Assembly: GCA_951406725.2 (NCBI GenBank)
Contig: OX597815.1
Coordinates: 31,558,001 to 31,622,000 of the forward strand
From: Octopus vulgaris
Lineage: Eukaryota
Reading direction: 5' to 3'
Length of the DNA stretch: 64,000 nt
How positions within the stretch are numbered: position 1 is the first letter of the stretch; each line of letters opens with the position of its first letter. The notes below the pieces were generated by a model. That model made no database searches. It had not been told where the DNA came from and saw only the letters and a program-made list of their open reading frames with translations. Below are positions 1-15,370 of the stretch, piece by piece. The position numbers were made by a program, and so were the translations under genes.

Positions 1-183
1 ATATATTTACACATGCATATGCATACATACTTACACACACATATATATATATATATGTGTGTGTATATATATATATATATACATGCATACGTATTTACAT
101 ACTAAGAAAACATTGTAATTTTGCAGATTTGCACAGATACATGGGATTACAAGAATGTGTATATATACATTTAAATGTATAAT

Positions 184-239
<56 letters not shown>

Positions 240-490
240 CAGCAATGTGTAAACACGTATGTTAATATGTGTTTGCGTATCTATTCCTAATTATTTCGGA
301 AGTCTTCAAGTATTGTCGAAAGATAAGCTGCATACACAAACACGTGCGTGCGCTCATGCACTCACACACATGCACGCATACACACTCACACATGAGATAT
401 CCTTCTCTTTCTGTCTCTCTATTTCTCGCACTCTCTCTCGCTCTCTCTCTCTCACTCTCTCTGAGCTGAGCTGAGTCTCACAGTCATAAA

Positions 491-538
<48 letters not shown>

Positions 539-706
539 ATGCATTTCTGTTATATAGATGTATTTACATTTAAATTCTCACTTTGGCATCATGTATCCAT
601 ATGTACAATTTGCATAGATAGATGCATACTTATGTATGTAAGCAAAAACACACATATATATATATATATGTGTTTTTGCTTACATACATAAGTATGCATC
701 CATCCA

Positions 707-756
<50 letters not shown>

Positions 757-793
757 AACATATGTATGTATGTAGGTATCTATCTATCAATCG

Positions 794-829
<36 letters not shown>

Positions 830-930
830 GTATATATAAATATATATATGTGTATATGTATAAATATATATATGTATATATATATACATATATATATGTA
901 TATATATATATGTGTGTGTGTATGTATATA

Positions 931-984
<54 letters not shown>

Positions 985-1290
985 CACACGTTTTTGTGGA
1001 TGTGGGCGTGTGTAAATGTAATTTAATACGTGTCCATTTGAATATGTCTGTGTTTTTGAGTGAATGCGTGGTGTGTCTACACTCGTGGAGAGATATATAT
1101 CGACACATAACTTTTAATGATAGCAAGAGACAAAAGAACGCAGAGAATGAAAAACAGATACATTGTACAATAAATGGTTTGAATCAGAGAAGAAATTAAA
1201 AGATTGAAAGAGGAAAGCGTTGCAGGGTATTTCTGAAAGAAACTGTACGTGTCGTTGCGTTTCTGAATGAATATGTATTTATTTTTACAC

Positions 1291-1291
<1 letters not shown>

Positions 1292-1389
<98 letters not shown>

Positions 1390-1394
1390 CCTAC

Positions 1395-1425
<31 letters not shown>

Positions 1426-1440
1426 CTTATCTATTTATCT
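1292..1440. repeat. (TCTA)n microsatellite
   Basis: Direct reading of the tandem tetranucleotide. Confidence 0.95.
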
Positions 1441-1625
1441 ATATATCTACACACACACACACATATATACACACTTATCCATTCTTAAATACACATATGC
1501 ATATCTTTCTACATACACACACACACACACACATATATATACACACTTATCCATTCTTAAATACACATATGCATATATTCATACGTCATATATATATATA
1601 AATATATACATATATATATATATAT

Positions 1626-1849
<224 letters not shown>

Positions 1850-2910
1850 GTATATGTACATACATGTGTATCTATGTATGTAATTATATATATTAGATAT
1901 ATATATTTATATATTTGTGTATATACATAGGCATGTATGTATGTATGTAGGCAGAGGCACACACAATTTAAAATGGATTTCGACTGTGACATCGAAGGGG
2001 AAAAACGTCGTCGTGATTTTGGCAAGAATCTGTGGAGCAACCATGTTGTTACGCTATTCTATTTGTCACGCCGTCGCAAGAAGACAAGAGAAGAAAGAGA
2101 AAATATATGTCATGTCGAGAAAAGGAATTACGGAAAAGAAGTAGATATAATTAGAAAGGAGGAGCGAATAGATGGAAAGAGAAAAAACCAAAAAAAAAAT
2201 GTACAACGTTCTGAAGATTGTTTTAATGAGAGTAAGACGACGGATAAGAACATGGCGTTGGGTGGAACCCTGTCGTGAATGAAAAAGTACGTCACAGATG
2301 TCAATATAAAGGTATTGTTATCATGGTTAGATTAATTTTTCTGGAACCCCACTGGTAGCAATATTGAGCTATTTTACTTAAAACAGCAAGATAACGTTAG
2401 TGTTTTATGCATGCGTGTATGTATGCATGTATGTATGTACGTATGTATGTATATATGTATGTATATATGTATGTATGTATGTATGTAAGATGTATGTATG
2501 TATATATGTATGTATGTAGTATGTGTGTATGTATGTATGTATGTATGTGTGTGTGTATGTATGTATGTATTTGTGTGTGTATGTATGTATTTGTGTGTGT
2601 GTGTATGTATGCATGCATCTATGTATGTATGTGTGTATGTATGTATGTGAGTCTGAGGGATCCAACATGTGTGCGCGCATGTGTTTGTGCGTGCGCGTAT
2701 GTATTTATGTGTGTGTGTTAGCACGAGTGTCTGTATATGTGTGGTGTGTGTATGTGTCTATTTTTGTATATTATGTGTTTATATTATATATATTATATAC
2801 ATATATATATTATATATACATACACACATACACATTCTGAATGTATGCATATGTAATTACGTATGTATGCACACACACCCACACACTCATATGCTTTCTT
2901 TCCCAAAATA

Positions 2911-2946
<36 letters not shown>

Positions 2947-5900
2947 TATATATGTAAATGAGTATAGGTAATATATGCGTGCGGTGATACTCACACGCAT
3001 TTGTGTGTGTTTGCATGCTTGTGTGTGTGTGTGATTATATGTATATATAGATGTTTATGGGTATGAGTAAGCGTATGTTCGTGAGTGCTTCATACAGTGG
3101 AATCATGTTTTAAAGTTAAGTTAATGAAGATACACGCAAAACGAAATTGAGTTTTAAAATAAAGAACACATTCACACAAACACACACACACACACATACA
3201 CACACACACACACTCACACACACACATACACGTATAAAAGAAATAAAATATAAGAAATAAACGTTTCTGTTAAATAATAGTTAATAGTAATCAAACATGG
3301 TCATGTTTCATGTTCTTAGTAATATATTGCTTATTGTATTCACGTAAGGTTAACAAACTTAATGCTGTTCGTTTTATGATTTGGGCAAAAGAACCCAGGC
3401 TGAGGCATGACAGAAGTGTAATCGTAAGAAGACCCTATAGTTTTCTGTAGTATTTTGGGAAAGTAATGTAAACAGTTGTTATTGTTTGTGTTGATTGTTT
3501 CCAGGTCAGCTTTGATCTTAAGGATTTTATCTAATGTTGTATTTGAGAATAGTAGGATATTTTTCGTGTGATATGTCGAGCAAGTCAGGTGATCATCTGA
3601 GTTATATGTACACCTAAGGCATACGGAAGAGAAAATACGGTTGTAGGAGAGGTTTGTAAAGACACTGGGATTTTTTAAGCAATCACAGCCAACTAAACGC
3701 AACTCATGTCTATAGAATATGCAGAGAACCTTCTGCTGTCCCCATTCGACAATCGTTAGGTTTCCAACAACGTTTATAACCAAAGACTATCCTACAAGAC
3801 GATCCGTTGGGAATGATATGCGGATGTGCTTATCTGAAACTGCCTAGAGTTGAATTTGTTAGTAAAGTGCTAGTTAATCGATCTCATTAAAAATGTAACG
3901 TTGAATTAAATTACAATTTTACATACGCACAAAACAAACTTTTTTGCAAGAAGGTGGGAGTAAAATGTCCATTATATTAACCCTAGAACTTGTCTGTTAT
4001 TTCATTTTATCGACCCTTCTAGAAGGATAAAAGGCAATTTGATCACAGCAGGATTTGAACACTTTAAGATAAATCAATAACAAATAACACTTGTCTGTTG
4101 TCTACTCTATGGTACACAACCATTTTATTCTATACTTTTCGCTCGGTGTACGCCAATAATGCTGAACATGAAGAGGGGGTAGCCTGGTTCAACTTGTAAT
4201 TCAACCAACTCTCTATTTTAATCTGAAAGTCTAAGAATATAGACCTCCTCCGTTCGAATACTTAATAAATCTTAAACTACTTTAGAAGTGCTGTAACTTA
4301 ATTCATTGAGGATTATTGTGGTAAATAAATAAACCCCCTGATTGTTCTCTTTCTTCATACCTCAGCGAAATGTATTCAACTGATTTCTTTGGAGATTTTT
4401 CTTTTACTGTAATATACTGTATCTAACACAGTAACTTACACTCTCGTACGTCTTGGAAGCTACCAAACATTAGCGCTGAAATAAAGTAAGATCTGGAATT
4501 CAGAGAAATGAGTTGTCAGCGTTGGTATATATTAATCCGTAAAATTTGGCAGAAGGAAACTAAATTAGAGTAAAATGAATTCTGCATTCGCGATAATTTT
4601 TTTTTCTACGAACTATTAGCATCAAAAGCCGTTCAAATCATCGAACTGTACGAAACCTTCCGTCCTCTCTTTCTTAGATTAGCTCCCAGAGGGAGAGCTT
4701 GGGGCTGAAAGGACAAAATCTTCAATATCTTCTTGTTTTGACAAAAGCATGAGATCTACGTGGATTACACATCAACAGACTCAAGCGAAAACGTTTGAAC
4801 ATTCTCCTGTTTGGTATTCCAGATAAACCAACACAGTTGTAGGAGTCACAGATATGGTTAACACACCACTGGATTGCTTCAGTCACGAAATTGGAAGCAG
4901 AAGTTGAAGGCTGAAGGCTAAAGGCTGGAGGCTGTAGTTATCAGCTTTGATAGTGATGATTCAGCATGGTCATTGCTTTATATTTGAAATCAGTTAAAGA
5001 ACAAAAGGCGTGCCAACATAGTACGCTGTCCTTCTGAACCCACAAACGCAAAACAGTAGATGCATTAAAATGTCTAGTCTGGCTCTCCATCCATTCATTC
5101 ATTCTATTAGGAAATCTAAAAATTTGGCATGACGCCATAGATTCAGAATTTTTAATACGATATCATTCTTCATTAGTTGACTACACACGGATCACATCTG
5201 TTGAATTGCATCTATTGCAGCTTAAGCCGCTTCGACTCAAATAATTACAATTCACCAGTCTATAATTTTATGTTACACAGTTCTGCTTTGTATGGAATAA
5301 ATCAATATAGCTCAATCCTATACGGATCTTTATATAGTATTTTTCATCGCATTCATTTTCTAAACATGGATTCGTATAAAGCTATATGGACTACATCGTA
5401 TATTGAAGCAAATGGAATCTCACAGCAAAACTGAAGAACTGCAACAAAAATACACAGAAAAATAACTAATCTGTAATACTGACAGAGAAGCTACATAACA
5501 CCGTAATAAAGATAAACATGAAAATAACACAATTTCTTAGCTTAGGCCTTTCAGCTCAAACAATTATTTTATCATAATATAAGTAATATGAATATGACCA
5601 GAAGAGAAGAATCATATATCTTAGATGCATTACACGTTTTAGTTTCATTACTGTGACCAAGGCGGACAATGTCACATATTTAACTGCATAACACGTTCCT
5701 GTTTAAATGAAACAGTTCAGTGTCTACACGATCTCTTAACTCTTGAAACCGTATGTCACACACAAAAAGTTCACAAGCTAACAAGCTACATAAAACATTT
5801 GTGTTTTTTATTTTCATTTTTTTCCTAATGTTTCCTTCTTTTAGCCTTTAATTATTTATTTATAGGAAATTAGAGTTTTGCTTGAGATGAGATTTTTGGC

Positions 5901-6138
5901 TTGGCTGTCTCGTTTTTCACATATAACACATTTAAAAAGATCGATATAATCAGTGTTAGAATTTAACTATTGTTTGTCACATACAGAAACATTTATGGAT
6001 GCGCAAGTGTACAAGTCAAGCTTATACATACATGTGTGTGTGTGTGTGAGTAAGTGTAGACGAAAGTATAAGCTAAGCATAAGTCCGGAGATATATGTAC
6101 GCGAAGCTTTGTGTGTACGTACATATACACACGAATTT

Positions 6139-6228
<90 letters not shown>

Positions 6229-6695
6229 TACCTATACATCAAAATACACACAAATGATGTGTGAAGATATACAAGGTTATGAGTATGTACACACTTGTCT
6301 ATATGGACCGTACCATATATGTGTATATAAATCGATTATTTTATATTGCTTATATTATTGCAGAGCTTCTCTTTCAATGGTTCGAATTTAATCTTTATAG
6401 TGAAATAGACGTCAAGTTGAACTCATTGTCATAGATTTATTATTAATGTTTTCCTATTCTATGAATTAATGTAGCTTTTGCAAATTGCTTACACTTTCAA
6501 GAGATTTGAGTTATGGCATAACAATTACTGTCATGGTAACATACAAATAACACCCTGGCCTTTCTAATTTAGGACTTAACTCAGCAATAGCAAGGATAAG
6601 GAATGACTAGAAATATGACTTTTAAATGAGGTGTAAGTTGTCTCATGCCTTCTGTCAGTATACTCAGTGCATATGCTGTTAAAGTAATGAACACG

Positions 6696-6790
<95 letters not shown>

Positions 6791-6793
<3 letters not shown>

Positions 6794-7022
6794 TCTTTAT
6801 TACCCACAAGGGGTTAAACATAGAGGGGACAAACAAGGACAGACAAACGGATTTAGTCGATTACATCGACCCCAGTGCGTAACTGGTACTTAATTTATCG
6901 AACCCGAAAGGATGAAAGGCAAAGTCGACCTCGGTGGAATTTGAACTCAGAACGTAACGACGGGCGAAATGCCGCGAAGCACTTCGTCCGGCGTGCTAAC
7001 GTCTCTGCCAGCTCGCCGCCTT
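6791..7022 (-). mobile_element. Full-length family A SINE (head GGCGGCGAGCTGGCAGA; body GTCGACTTTGCCTTTCATCCTTTCGGG)
   Basis: Highly similar to copies at 37776-38008 and 49005-49237; B-box-like GAGTTCAAATTCC; the body resembles the Meta/MESC-type SINE domain (from memory). Confidence 0.9.
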
Positions 7023-7139
7023 ACACATATATGTATATATTCTTTGTCACTCACTCATTAATTGCATGATTTTTATGAAGATACTTTGGGAAGTAGGATA
7101 GCATATTTTTAGAATAGCATACCTCAAAAAGCTCAACTA

Positions 7140-7680
7140 TACCATCGGAGAGGACTACTTGAGATATTTAACGGCCCTTGACTTCATCGGATCACCGTAA
7201 CAAATTTTCAAAGACAAACTCACCGAGAATTCATGACTTCATCAAAAGGCTTTGTCTGGGAATCATTATCCAGTGCATAACTTCCTCACGCACTCTCCAT
7301 AACACACTCAACCAAATGCCCCTTAGCTAAATAGCTGGGGATGAAAGTATAGCCGAAAAGTCAACATTAGAAGAGACCTCTCAGACTATGATTGGGATCC
7401 CACACGTCTGTGGTGTTGAACATTTAAGGTCATATTGCCTCAGTTTACTTAGCTTCATAATTGGAATCAAATATTTTATCTCAAGATATTCTCTTTCCCC
7501 ACTTTCTCTCTTCAATGAGTATTTTGTTAATCGTCTGTTTAATGCTACAAACATCAGACATAAACAACAGATTTTAGAACCTTCGTGATTAGCGAAAGGA
7601 CTAACTTTGGCTATCTTACCACTAAGAATCACATGAAATTTTCCTAAAGGAAGCAATGCAGCGGACGTTTAATACCCGCA
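7140..7680 (+). mobile_element. Highly decayed Penelope-like retroelement remnant
   Basis: Frameshifted peptides ALSGNHYPVHNFL (like the PLE post-RT L..NGYP..FI motif) and GLTLAILPLRIT (like the GIY-YIG G.T...L..RI motif); many stops. Confidence 0.35.
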
Positions 7681-10600
7681 TTGTATTTTAAATTCCTTTT
7701 TAAAAGCCGTGTTTAACTGCTACTTGAGATAATTTACTGGAGGTGATGTTTTCTTCTAATCGTAAAACTATTAGCCGTTATAAAAGCGAAAGACCAACCA
7801 ATTATTATTTAACTCCAATGGTTTTCGTCAGAGTTGTTTATTAATTTCAGTCTGAGAAAATAGCTCAAAAGATGATACCTAAGAAGAATTTTTTTTTTAC
7901 ACTAAGCTATTAACTATTTAATTGACAAATAATGAAAACTTGAAAAGGAGGTCTTTACTATAACGAAATTTTGTTTTCTGTTTATTTTTTCAACGAATGA
8001 GTACAAAAACAAATATTTCATTAAATGTTAGTATTTGAATTAACATTTACAAAATAGCTTTTGACTCCCTCGACCATTTTTTTTCTTTTTTTTTTTTTCA
8101 AAATTAACTTCGTAAATACTCATTTTGGCATTGTCTAATCCCAACAAACCCTGAGAAGATATAAAAAGCTATATGGCTCCAAGCTGTAAAAGATTTCTAT
8201 TGAATTTTACAGCCTTCATGTAGATTTGAATGATAGTAGTTATGAAGGAAAATCATTGCCCCCTATGTTGGACACGATTATTATTGTTGGTATTTACATA
8301 ATTGTTGTTGTTGTTGTTGTTATTTTTTTGCGGCCTTTCCCCTCTGGGCAGCAATTTTAAGCACATTTAAGAAATTTTTCAGTTGAATTAGTAGATTTAT
8401 AATTAGAATCAAACAACGTTGTTACTTTCTGGAAAGGCGCATCACGGGGGACGGATATCGAGGACATAAGGCTAAAAACAAAATCCATTTTCATTTTATG
8501 TTTTCTAGTTTTGTTTAATTTTGCTTTTCCTTAATACAACTTTAAAACATTTTTGTATCACTTCAACAAAAACATTTGGAATTATTTTTCTAATTATTTT
8601 TGTAATTCCCGCCGTTAGCATCAAAATTTTTATATATATATTTTGCTGATTTATTTAGTAACTTTTTTATTTTCATTTGCTCATCCAATTATTATTTTTT
8701 TTTATTTCACAAATTTCAATTTTTCTATTTACGAAATAATCAGAAAATTCATGGAAAATAATTAATTTTTGACAAGGCACAAAGGTTTTGTATTTTTAAC
8801 GGTTGTGGAATGGTATGTTGAGATATTCATGACTCTTCCGTTTACTAGAACATTAGTGGAATGAATCAAACATAGTCGCTTTGACCAAGAATCGAAACCG
8901 GTTCAATGTCTCACTATACTGGGAACTCATCTCCTGCTCTACACATTGAAATTGCCACTCGCCAGCAAGATAATGGTAAACCAAACTGCGAAAATATTTG
9001 GATTCCAAACACAAACCTATGCTACTATTTTATATATATATATTTGAAAGGCAGAGAGAGAGGTCGGGGAGAATATATGCGCGTCCAAAAACATAAAGGG
9101 TATCAACATTTTAGAAAGAATTAACATGAAATTTGTTAAAGAGCAACATGGTTATCTATGAAAAAAATGTCCCTTCCAGATCTTGTATTTTATATTTAGT
9201 ATCAAGGGTAATAACCAAATGGATTAGATACCCAGACACGACAGATTACAAATGCTTAACACATGAGCTGTCTCTTTGATTCTATCTACTTCCCTAAAGA
9301 CATTGAATTATTACATTGCTCCAGGGACTTTGAAAATCGCATGTAACAAGGTTTGAATTCCTGGACTCAAGAGGCGAAAAATCTGATGTGGTTTATTCTC
9401 ATTGCATCACTAAAACTATTGATTTGTTACTTAGGCACAAGCCTTGATATTTAGTTTCCCAGCATTTTTACGAAAAATATTTTACTATAGCGATTGCGAT
9501 AATTTTGATATCGTTTACTGATCTTATACAACTGTATTGTTTTGTTACAAATTCTACAATTGTGACATCGCTTACTCATAAAACAGAGTTATTTTATCTA
9601 TTTATTTATTTATTTATTTTCACTTTGCCAACAAAGCTGAGTCTTTTTGACCACAAAATAAACGAAATAAATTGCAAATACAGTCAATACCCAGTACGAG
9701 AAAAAAAAATTATAATAATAAAGAATATAGGGTATTTTTTTTCTCCTTTTCCGCAAAGAACAGAAACGCAATAAATTAAGCAATCTAAAGAAAGAATTAG
9801 ATTCGATTTCTATCTGCCAAGCAAAGTTTTCTTTTATTTATTTATTGTTGGGATGTTCTATCTTTTTTTTTTTTTATTTATTTAATTCAATTCATTTTTT
9901 TTTCTTTCTTTTGTTTCCTTTCAAACATTTCTCTGTAATATTAAACCAATTTGCTAGTGATTTCGCGAAAGGTAATCATACAACAGCGCTTCTGAATGTC
10001 CTTCGAGAAAGTTAAAATGAATTTGGTGAGGGTAAATAAGAAAAGAAAAAGAAAAGGGGTGGATTGATAAATTTCCTCAGAATTGAAGAAATTTATTCTT
10101 CATTCTGTTTTTTTTTTTTTTTTGTCTTCCTGTCTTTCAACCTTTCTTTCTTTCTCTCGCTCACTTTCTCTCTTGTTTCTTTTTTTTTTTTCCTTATAAC
10201 TTGTTTTATATTGTTTTTCGCCTTTTTTTCTTATGCCTGAGTGCGTACTGACTCTAATACATTGTGGATTTTGATGATGTTGCTCTTGTTCCTGGCGTTA
10301 TCATTGTCATTTTTATGATTGCTTTATTATTATTATTGTTGTTGTTTTTGTTGTTGTTGCTGTTGCTGCTCTTATGTTTTTACTTTCTTCTGATATTTTT
10401 CGCTTCAATTTCTCACATTGCCTTTTTTTCTGCAGATGTTCTCTAATTTTCTTGACGCGTGTTTCAATTTTGATACTAAACTATTTTACACCGTTAACAC
10501 ATAGTTTCTCTCCCCTCGTCTAAGATTTTCATATTTTTTCTTCTCTTTTTCTTTTGCCTTCATTAAATCTATTTCATTATCCTTCATTTTTTTTCTTTCT

Positions 10601-10952
10601 AAAATCATCTTCATTTATAACAACGTACTCTAAAACTTTATCATATTTTATTTTGTTTAAACTATTATTGTTTTTTTTTTTTTTTTGAGAGCGAGAAAGT
10701 TTTTCATTCTTTTATTTTCAAATATTCTTTTTCTCCTCTCTTCCATTACGTCGGTTAACCATTGTATAGAAACAAACAAAAATAAGAGAGATATTTAGCT
10801 GAAGAGAACAGAGAATACCATATAGTCTTTGGACGGGATGCGGAAAGAGTTTGGCAAAATTTGAAGGAGCAGAAGTTGGTGTGATGCTGGTAGAGATAAT
10901 GTTACTGTTGTTACTTTGGTAATGGTAAGGGTAGTCTCGGCGTTGATGTAGT

Positions 10953-11278
10953 GTGAAGGCGCGTGGTTTAGTGGTTAGACTATTAGGCTCACGATCGTAA
11001 ATGTTGTGAGTTCGATTCCCGGCGGCGCGTTGTGTCCTTGAGCAAGACACTTTATTTCACGTTGCTCCGGTCTACTCAGCTGGTAAAAACTGTGTAGTAC
11101 TTGTATTTCAAAGAGCCATCCTTGTCACATTCTGTGTCACGCTGAATTTCCTTGAGAACTATGTTAAGATTATGTTTGTTTGTGGCGTGCTTAGACACGC
11201 GGATTTTAATTTCACTAGCAAGCTGTTCCGTTGATCGGATCAACTGGAACCCACGTCGTCATAACCGACAGAGTGACA
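10953..11278 (+). mobile_element. tRNA-headed SINE: family D head plus tail 3
   Basis: A box TGGTTTAGTGG, B box GAGTTCGATTCCC, TGTGTCCTTGAGCAAGACAC core; 3' half homologous to the reverse complement of 60130-60310. Confidence 0.85.
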
Positions 11279-11374
11279 GTTTGTGTAGTTCTTAACTGGA
11301 AAGGTGATAAAGAAATGTAATGTGCTTAAGTTTATCAATAACGTAGTTCTCACTCTTTTCTCTTATGTCTATTG

Positions 11375-11687
11375 TGGAGGCACATGGCCTAGTGGTTAGA
11401 GCAGCGGACTCGCGGTCGAGGGAGCGCGGGTTCGAATCTCAGACCGGGTGGTGTGTGTGTGTGTTTATGAGCGAAACACCTAAGCTCCACGCGACTCCGG
11501 CAGAAGATAATGGCGAAACTTCTGCTAACTCTTTCGCCACAACTTTCTCTCACTCTTTCCTCCTGCATCTTGCAGCTCACCTGCGACGGACCGGCGTCCC
11601 GTCCAGGTGGGGAACCTATACGCCAAGAAACCGGGAAACCGGCCCTTATGAGCCAGGCATGGCTCGAGAAGGAACAAACAACAACAA
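11375..11687 (+). mobile_element. tRNA-headed SINE: family C head plus tail 1, with TSD
   Basis: A box TGGCCTAGTGG, B box GGTTCGAATCTC, (AAC)n tail; direct repeat ATGTCTATTG at 11365-11374 and 11691-11700. Confidence 0.92.
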
Positions 11688-11897
11688 CTCATGTCTATTG
11701 CTCAACATAAAAAAATTCAATAAAACAAAAAAGATACGCCCGATATTCTTTTGACTCAGCAGTAACTTACAATGACAACAATATAATCTTCTGAAATAAC
11801 GTTGGGGTTGCAATGTAGCCACCGAACTGCTAGATATAGCAGCTAGATCTTACTCAAATCATACTCCCACTGCCATGAAAGAACGATGCTTTAGATT

Positions 11898-12080
11898 AGT
11901 GGTTCTCAACTGGGGCCCACTTAAAATTTTGTTAAAATTTATGATTATTCTTCTACAACACAAAATATCTCAATTTTTTAAATACATTTCCTAATATTTA
12001 ATTATATAAATATAATAGGATTTTTTAAGCTTTGAGGGTCAACCTGAGTAAAATAGGAATGAAGGAGTGCATAGGAAAAA
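11898..12080. mobile_element. Decayed hAT/Charlie-like MITE
   Basis: AGTGGTTCTCAAC terminus; the 3' part is the reverse complement of sequence at 20665-20700 and 25745-25775. Confidence 0.5.
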
Positions 12081-12323
12081 CATATCTCTCATCACCATCA
12101 CCATTATCGACATCATCATTTAACGTCCGCCTTCCATGCTGCCGTAGGTTGAACGGAGGACTCGTCTCCAAAAAGAAAAAGCACAATGGTTAAAGATGGG
12201 ATACTGGAATATCTTTGATCATATGTCTGCACACAAATGTGTTTAACAGCAACACTACCAACAACGACACAGACAAGGGCGGCAGCAATAACATGTACAG
12301 GTCCATAAAAACAATATTATTAA

Positions 12324-12459
12324 CCCTTTGAACCCGTAAAACTGGTTTACCGGTGGATGGTTTGTTTTTCTCTATACCGTGACACCGCTTTATACTGCAG
12401 CACCGGTGGAGTGCCGGGTATATGGTAAAATAAGATTCAGGAGGTCAGGGCTCAAAGGT
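12324..12459. mobile_element. piggyBac-like MITE
   Basis: TTAA flanks (12320-12323, 12460-12463) and imperfect TIRs CCCTTTGAACCC / GGGCTCAAAGGT. Confidence 0.75.
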
Positions 12460-12729
12460 TTAATGCGACAACGATAATAGCAGTGATTATATCACCTCCA
12501 TTATTCGAGTCGTACTTTATACTAAAGACTATCCAGACTGATGAAAGACAAAGTTGTCTTCGGCGGAATTTGAACTCAGATCGTAAAGACCTTTTGGAGA
12601 TAAGTAAATATTGGATTCTTTAAAAAGGAAATTGAATGAATGTTACAAAGTCTTACGCGAGAATACAATACAAATTGGACAAACATGGAGCTGATACAAC
12701 GTGTGTGTGTGTATGTGTGTGTGCATGTA

Positions 12730-12787
<58 letters not shown>

Positions 12788-13442
12788 GAGAGAGAGAGTA
12801 TGAGATGGAAGGTAATATAAGATAGCATATCGATAAATATTACTAAATGCTAAAAGAAAATCTATCATAAGACCAGATGTATGTGTATATTATAATTGCG
12901 TATATGTATACATGAGTGTGTGTGCATATATAGATAGATAGATAGATAGATAGATATTTGTATATCATACTAACAGACAAGATAAACGATAAATCACATG
13001 TGATATATCATGGAACATGCACACACACACACACATACACATATATATTTATATGTATGTATTTATACATGTATGTGTGTATACACATATAAAGATGCTG
13101 TATTTTTGTCTAAACGTCTCTCACTCTCATATATATATATATATATATAATTTGTGTGTGTGTGCGCATGTATATATGTACAAAATCACCTAGCTAACAG
13201 ACAAGATATAAGATAAATTTCATATATCATATACATACAGACGTGTGTGTGTGTGTGTGTGTACGTGTGTGTCTGTGTGTGATAGAATATATTATACATT
13301 TAAAGAGAAAGAAAAATAAAACAAATTATCAAGATTTATTACTTGAAATTTCCCGCTTTAATTTGTGATATATTCTTGTTACGACTGTCAAATATGGCGT
13401 ATTAGTTTCATTTAATGGCGCTATTTGTAAGTGGACCGCTAT

Positions 13443-13761
<319 letters not shown>

Positions 13762-14501
13762 CCTGTATTTGCTCATATGTGAGAAAGTACTAATACGTCT
13801 GCTTATATCAGTGTATGTTTGCGCGTGTGTGAGCTTGGATCTTATTGATTATGTGTTAATATGTATGCTAGTGATGTATGTAGATCGTAAATTTATGTTT
13901 ATTCGAGTAAATGAATATGGGTTTATGTCGGAAAAATATATATATGTTTGTGTAAACGTGTAAATATTTTTTTTTACATATATATTTATAGATATATGTA
14001 ATATATATACATATGGTAATATATGCGTTAGTGAGTGAATACGTGCGTAAATGATTGTAAAAGGTTCTCTTAGTATGTGTCAGAGTAACTCTAATACTAT
14101 GTCTTTTTTCTTGTATATGTATGTGTGAATGTAAGCTAACGAGTATGCAAGGGTTTTGTTCCCCTGAGTATCTAAGAGCGTGTCAGCCTGTATAAATATC
14201 AGAATTAACTAACCACGAATTATTATGTATTGTGATTTCTGTTACGGAAATCTTGTCTACGCAAGAATATTTATGCGATTTTTTCTTACTTTTTTTGTGA
14301 GACCACCTTCTAGTTGCTTATGATTATAAGTGGCTTTCGGCGGTGCGTATTCGAGTTATTCGATCAACGAATACGAAAACTGCTCAATAGACACGTATAT
14401 TCATGATTGTAGTCTAGTAGATTCTGCGTGATACAGTGTGTGTCCAGGTTGTCCTTTGAATAACAGGTGCTATCCACACAACGTGAATCTATGGCCGATG
14501 A

Positions 14502-14770
14502 CATGATGTGATGTGAAGTCACGAGGCCTAGTGGGTATGGACGACCGATTTCCACACCGACTGCTAGTCGGCGCTCAGTTAGCTTAACTTGCAAATTTAC
14601 GGGCATTTATACGAATAGATTACACATGTTATATTTATAGCCATAGCCAGCACTCACAAGTGAGTACGACCTGGTAATATGTAGTGTGCTTTCGCTAATT
14701 GTGATTTGCCTATGTATTCGCAAGCAGATATAGACACTCTGAGAGTGCGGGGGGAGAAGGAAGGAAGGAA

Positions 14771-14817
<47 letters not shown>

Positions 14818-14884
14818 GGGAAGGAAGAAGGAAGAAAGAAGGAAGGAAGGAAAGAAAGAAAGAAGGAAGGAAAGAAAAAAAGGA

Positions 14885-14916
<32 letters not shown>

Positions 14917-15006
14917 AAAGGAAGGGAAGGAAGGAAGGAAAGAGAGAAAAGAAGGAAGGGAAGAAAGAAAGAAACAAGGGAAAGGAAGGAAAGAGAGAAA
15001 GAAGGA

Positions 15007-15058
<52 letters not shown>

Positions 15059-15196
15059 ACAGTACCAATACTAAGGTTTCGCGAATTAACTGGTGCAACG
15101 TGAAATAAGGTACCTTGCTCAAGAACACAACAAAACAGTCGGTGTGGAAATCGATCACCTTTCCCACGAGGCTTCGTGACTTCACATCATATCATG
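14502..15196. repeat. Inverted repeat with ~62-bp arms (14502-14563 and 15136-15196) enclosing a GAAA/GGAA tract
   Basis: CATGATGTGATGTGAAGTCACGA...GATTTCCACACCGACTG matches the reverse complement of the right arm. Confidence 0.85.
14757..15059. repeat. (GAAA)n/(GGAA)n polypurine microsatellite
   Basis: Direct reading. Confidence 0.95.
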
Positions 15197-15239
15197 AGAG
15201 AGAGAGAGAGAGAATGGGAGGTGTGTGTGCGTTTGATGT

Positions 15240-15370
15240 TGAATTGGCAGAGTTGTGAGAGCGTCAGAAAGAGTTCGTTGAGGTATTTGTTCCTATTCTG
15301 TACGCTCTAGGCTCGAATCTCGCTTTGGTCTCCTTTACTTTTATCCTTTTGATGTCGATAAATAAAACAG
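15240..15370 (+). mobile_element. Decayed family A SINE
   Basis: TTGGCAGAG...GGCTCGAATCTCG...TTTTATCCTTTTGATGTCGATAAA. Confidence 0.55.

Noticed and set aside
1937-2278. 113-aa charged ORF
   Set aside because: Purine-rich low-complexity sequence with no recognisable domain
4770-4830. Peptide RKRLNILLFGIPD resembling a LINE ORF1 motif
   Set aside because: Too short, surrounded by stops, and without supporting motifs
10420-10450. Splice acceptor TTTTTTTTCTGCAG|ATG
   Set aside because: An in-frame stop follows within a few codons and no convincing exon or donor was found
11375-11450. tRNA gene (also at 10953 and 15883)
   Set aside because: A/B boxes are present, but they continue into SINE bodies with tails/TSDs and no proper acceptor stem was seen
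14607-15185. KERK-rich and FLSF-rich ORFs
   Set aside because: Product of the (GAAA)n tract
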